From contig NC_086097.1 of the NCBI RefSeq assembly GCF_963921235.1, positions 41,294,001 through 41,358,000 of the forward strand: a DNA stretch of 64,000 bases. Reading direction: 5' to 3'. Positions 63,465 to 64,000 of this stretch are shown piece after piece (the stretch's first letter is position 1; every line of letters begins with the position of its first letter). The notes below the pieces were generated by a model that saw nothing but the letters and a program-made list of their open reading frames with translations, searched no databases and had not been told where the DNA came from. This stretch comes from Mobula hypostoma. Lineage: Eukaryota. A program made the translations under genes and the position numbers.

Positions 63465-64000
63465 ATCTAACCTGGATGCGACATATTGATGCAGCTATAA
63501 AGAAGGCAAGACCGTGGCTATATTTTATCTGGAGTTGGAGGAGATATGGTTTGCAACTAAAACACTCTTCACACTTCTACAAATGTACTGTGGAAAGCAA
63601 TTCTGACAGGTTGCGTCAATCTCTGGTATTGGGAGACGGGTGGGGCTACTGCACAGGCTCAAAGTGAGTTGCAGAAATTTGTAAGATTAGTCAGCTCCAT
63701 CATGGGTACTAGTCTCTGCAGTATCCAAGACATCTTCAAGGAGTGGTGTCTTAGGAAGGTGGCGTCCATCATTAAGGACCCCCACCACCCGGGAAATGCC
63801 CTCTTCTCATTGTCACCATTGGGAAAGAAGTACAGAAGCCTGAAGGCACTCACTCAGCAATAAGGAACAACTTCTTCCCCTCTGCCATCCAATTTCTAAA
63901 TTGACATTGAACCCATGAATACTGCCTCTCTACTTTTCAATTTCAGATTTTTTTGCACTATTTATTTTAACTTAACTATTTTACATATACATATATATAT
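63465..64000 (+). mobile_element. Rex1/Babar 3' fragment
   Basis: ORFs 63476..63667 and 63669..63863 (HIDAAIKKAR, FYKCTVES, IIKDPHHPGNALFSL). Confidence 0.85.

Overview
This is AT-rich eukaryotic (vertebrate) genomic DNA made mostly of transposable elements. The mix of CR1, Rex1/Babar, RTE, L1, HERO and Penelope retroelements with V-SINE- and Deu-SINE-like repeats suggests a cartilaginous fish, probably a ray; that assignment is inference only. I could not recognise any host protein-coding exon, rRNA, tRNA or CRISPR array, and nearly every ORF in the track is TE-derived or antisense to a TE. The main structures are: (1) a complete but decayed Gypsy LTR retrotransposon (51725-57492, minus strand) with both LTRs, PBS, PPT, gag and pol, interrupted by a Penelope insertion; (2) a near full-length RTE LINE whose 5' end is inverted (27535-30568); (3) a 5'-truncated L1 with an open ORF2 segment and a 16-bp TSD; (4) a Tigger-type transposon remnant and a mariner MITE; (5) about 11 Penelope terminal repeats carrying a minimal hammerhead ribozyme motif (CUGANGA...GAAAC-GUH), three of them fold-back insertions with 10-16 bp TSDs. 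The hammerhead/fold-back Penelope system and the inverted RTE are the most notable signals. Both are variants of known biology, not proven new systems. Family names rest on recalled motifs and need a Dfam/Repbase check.
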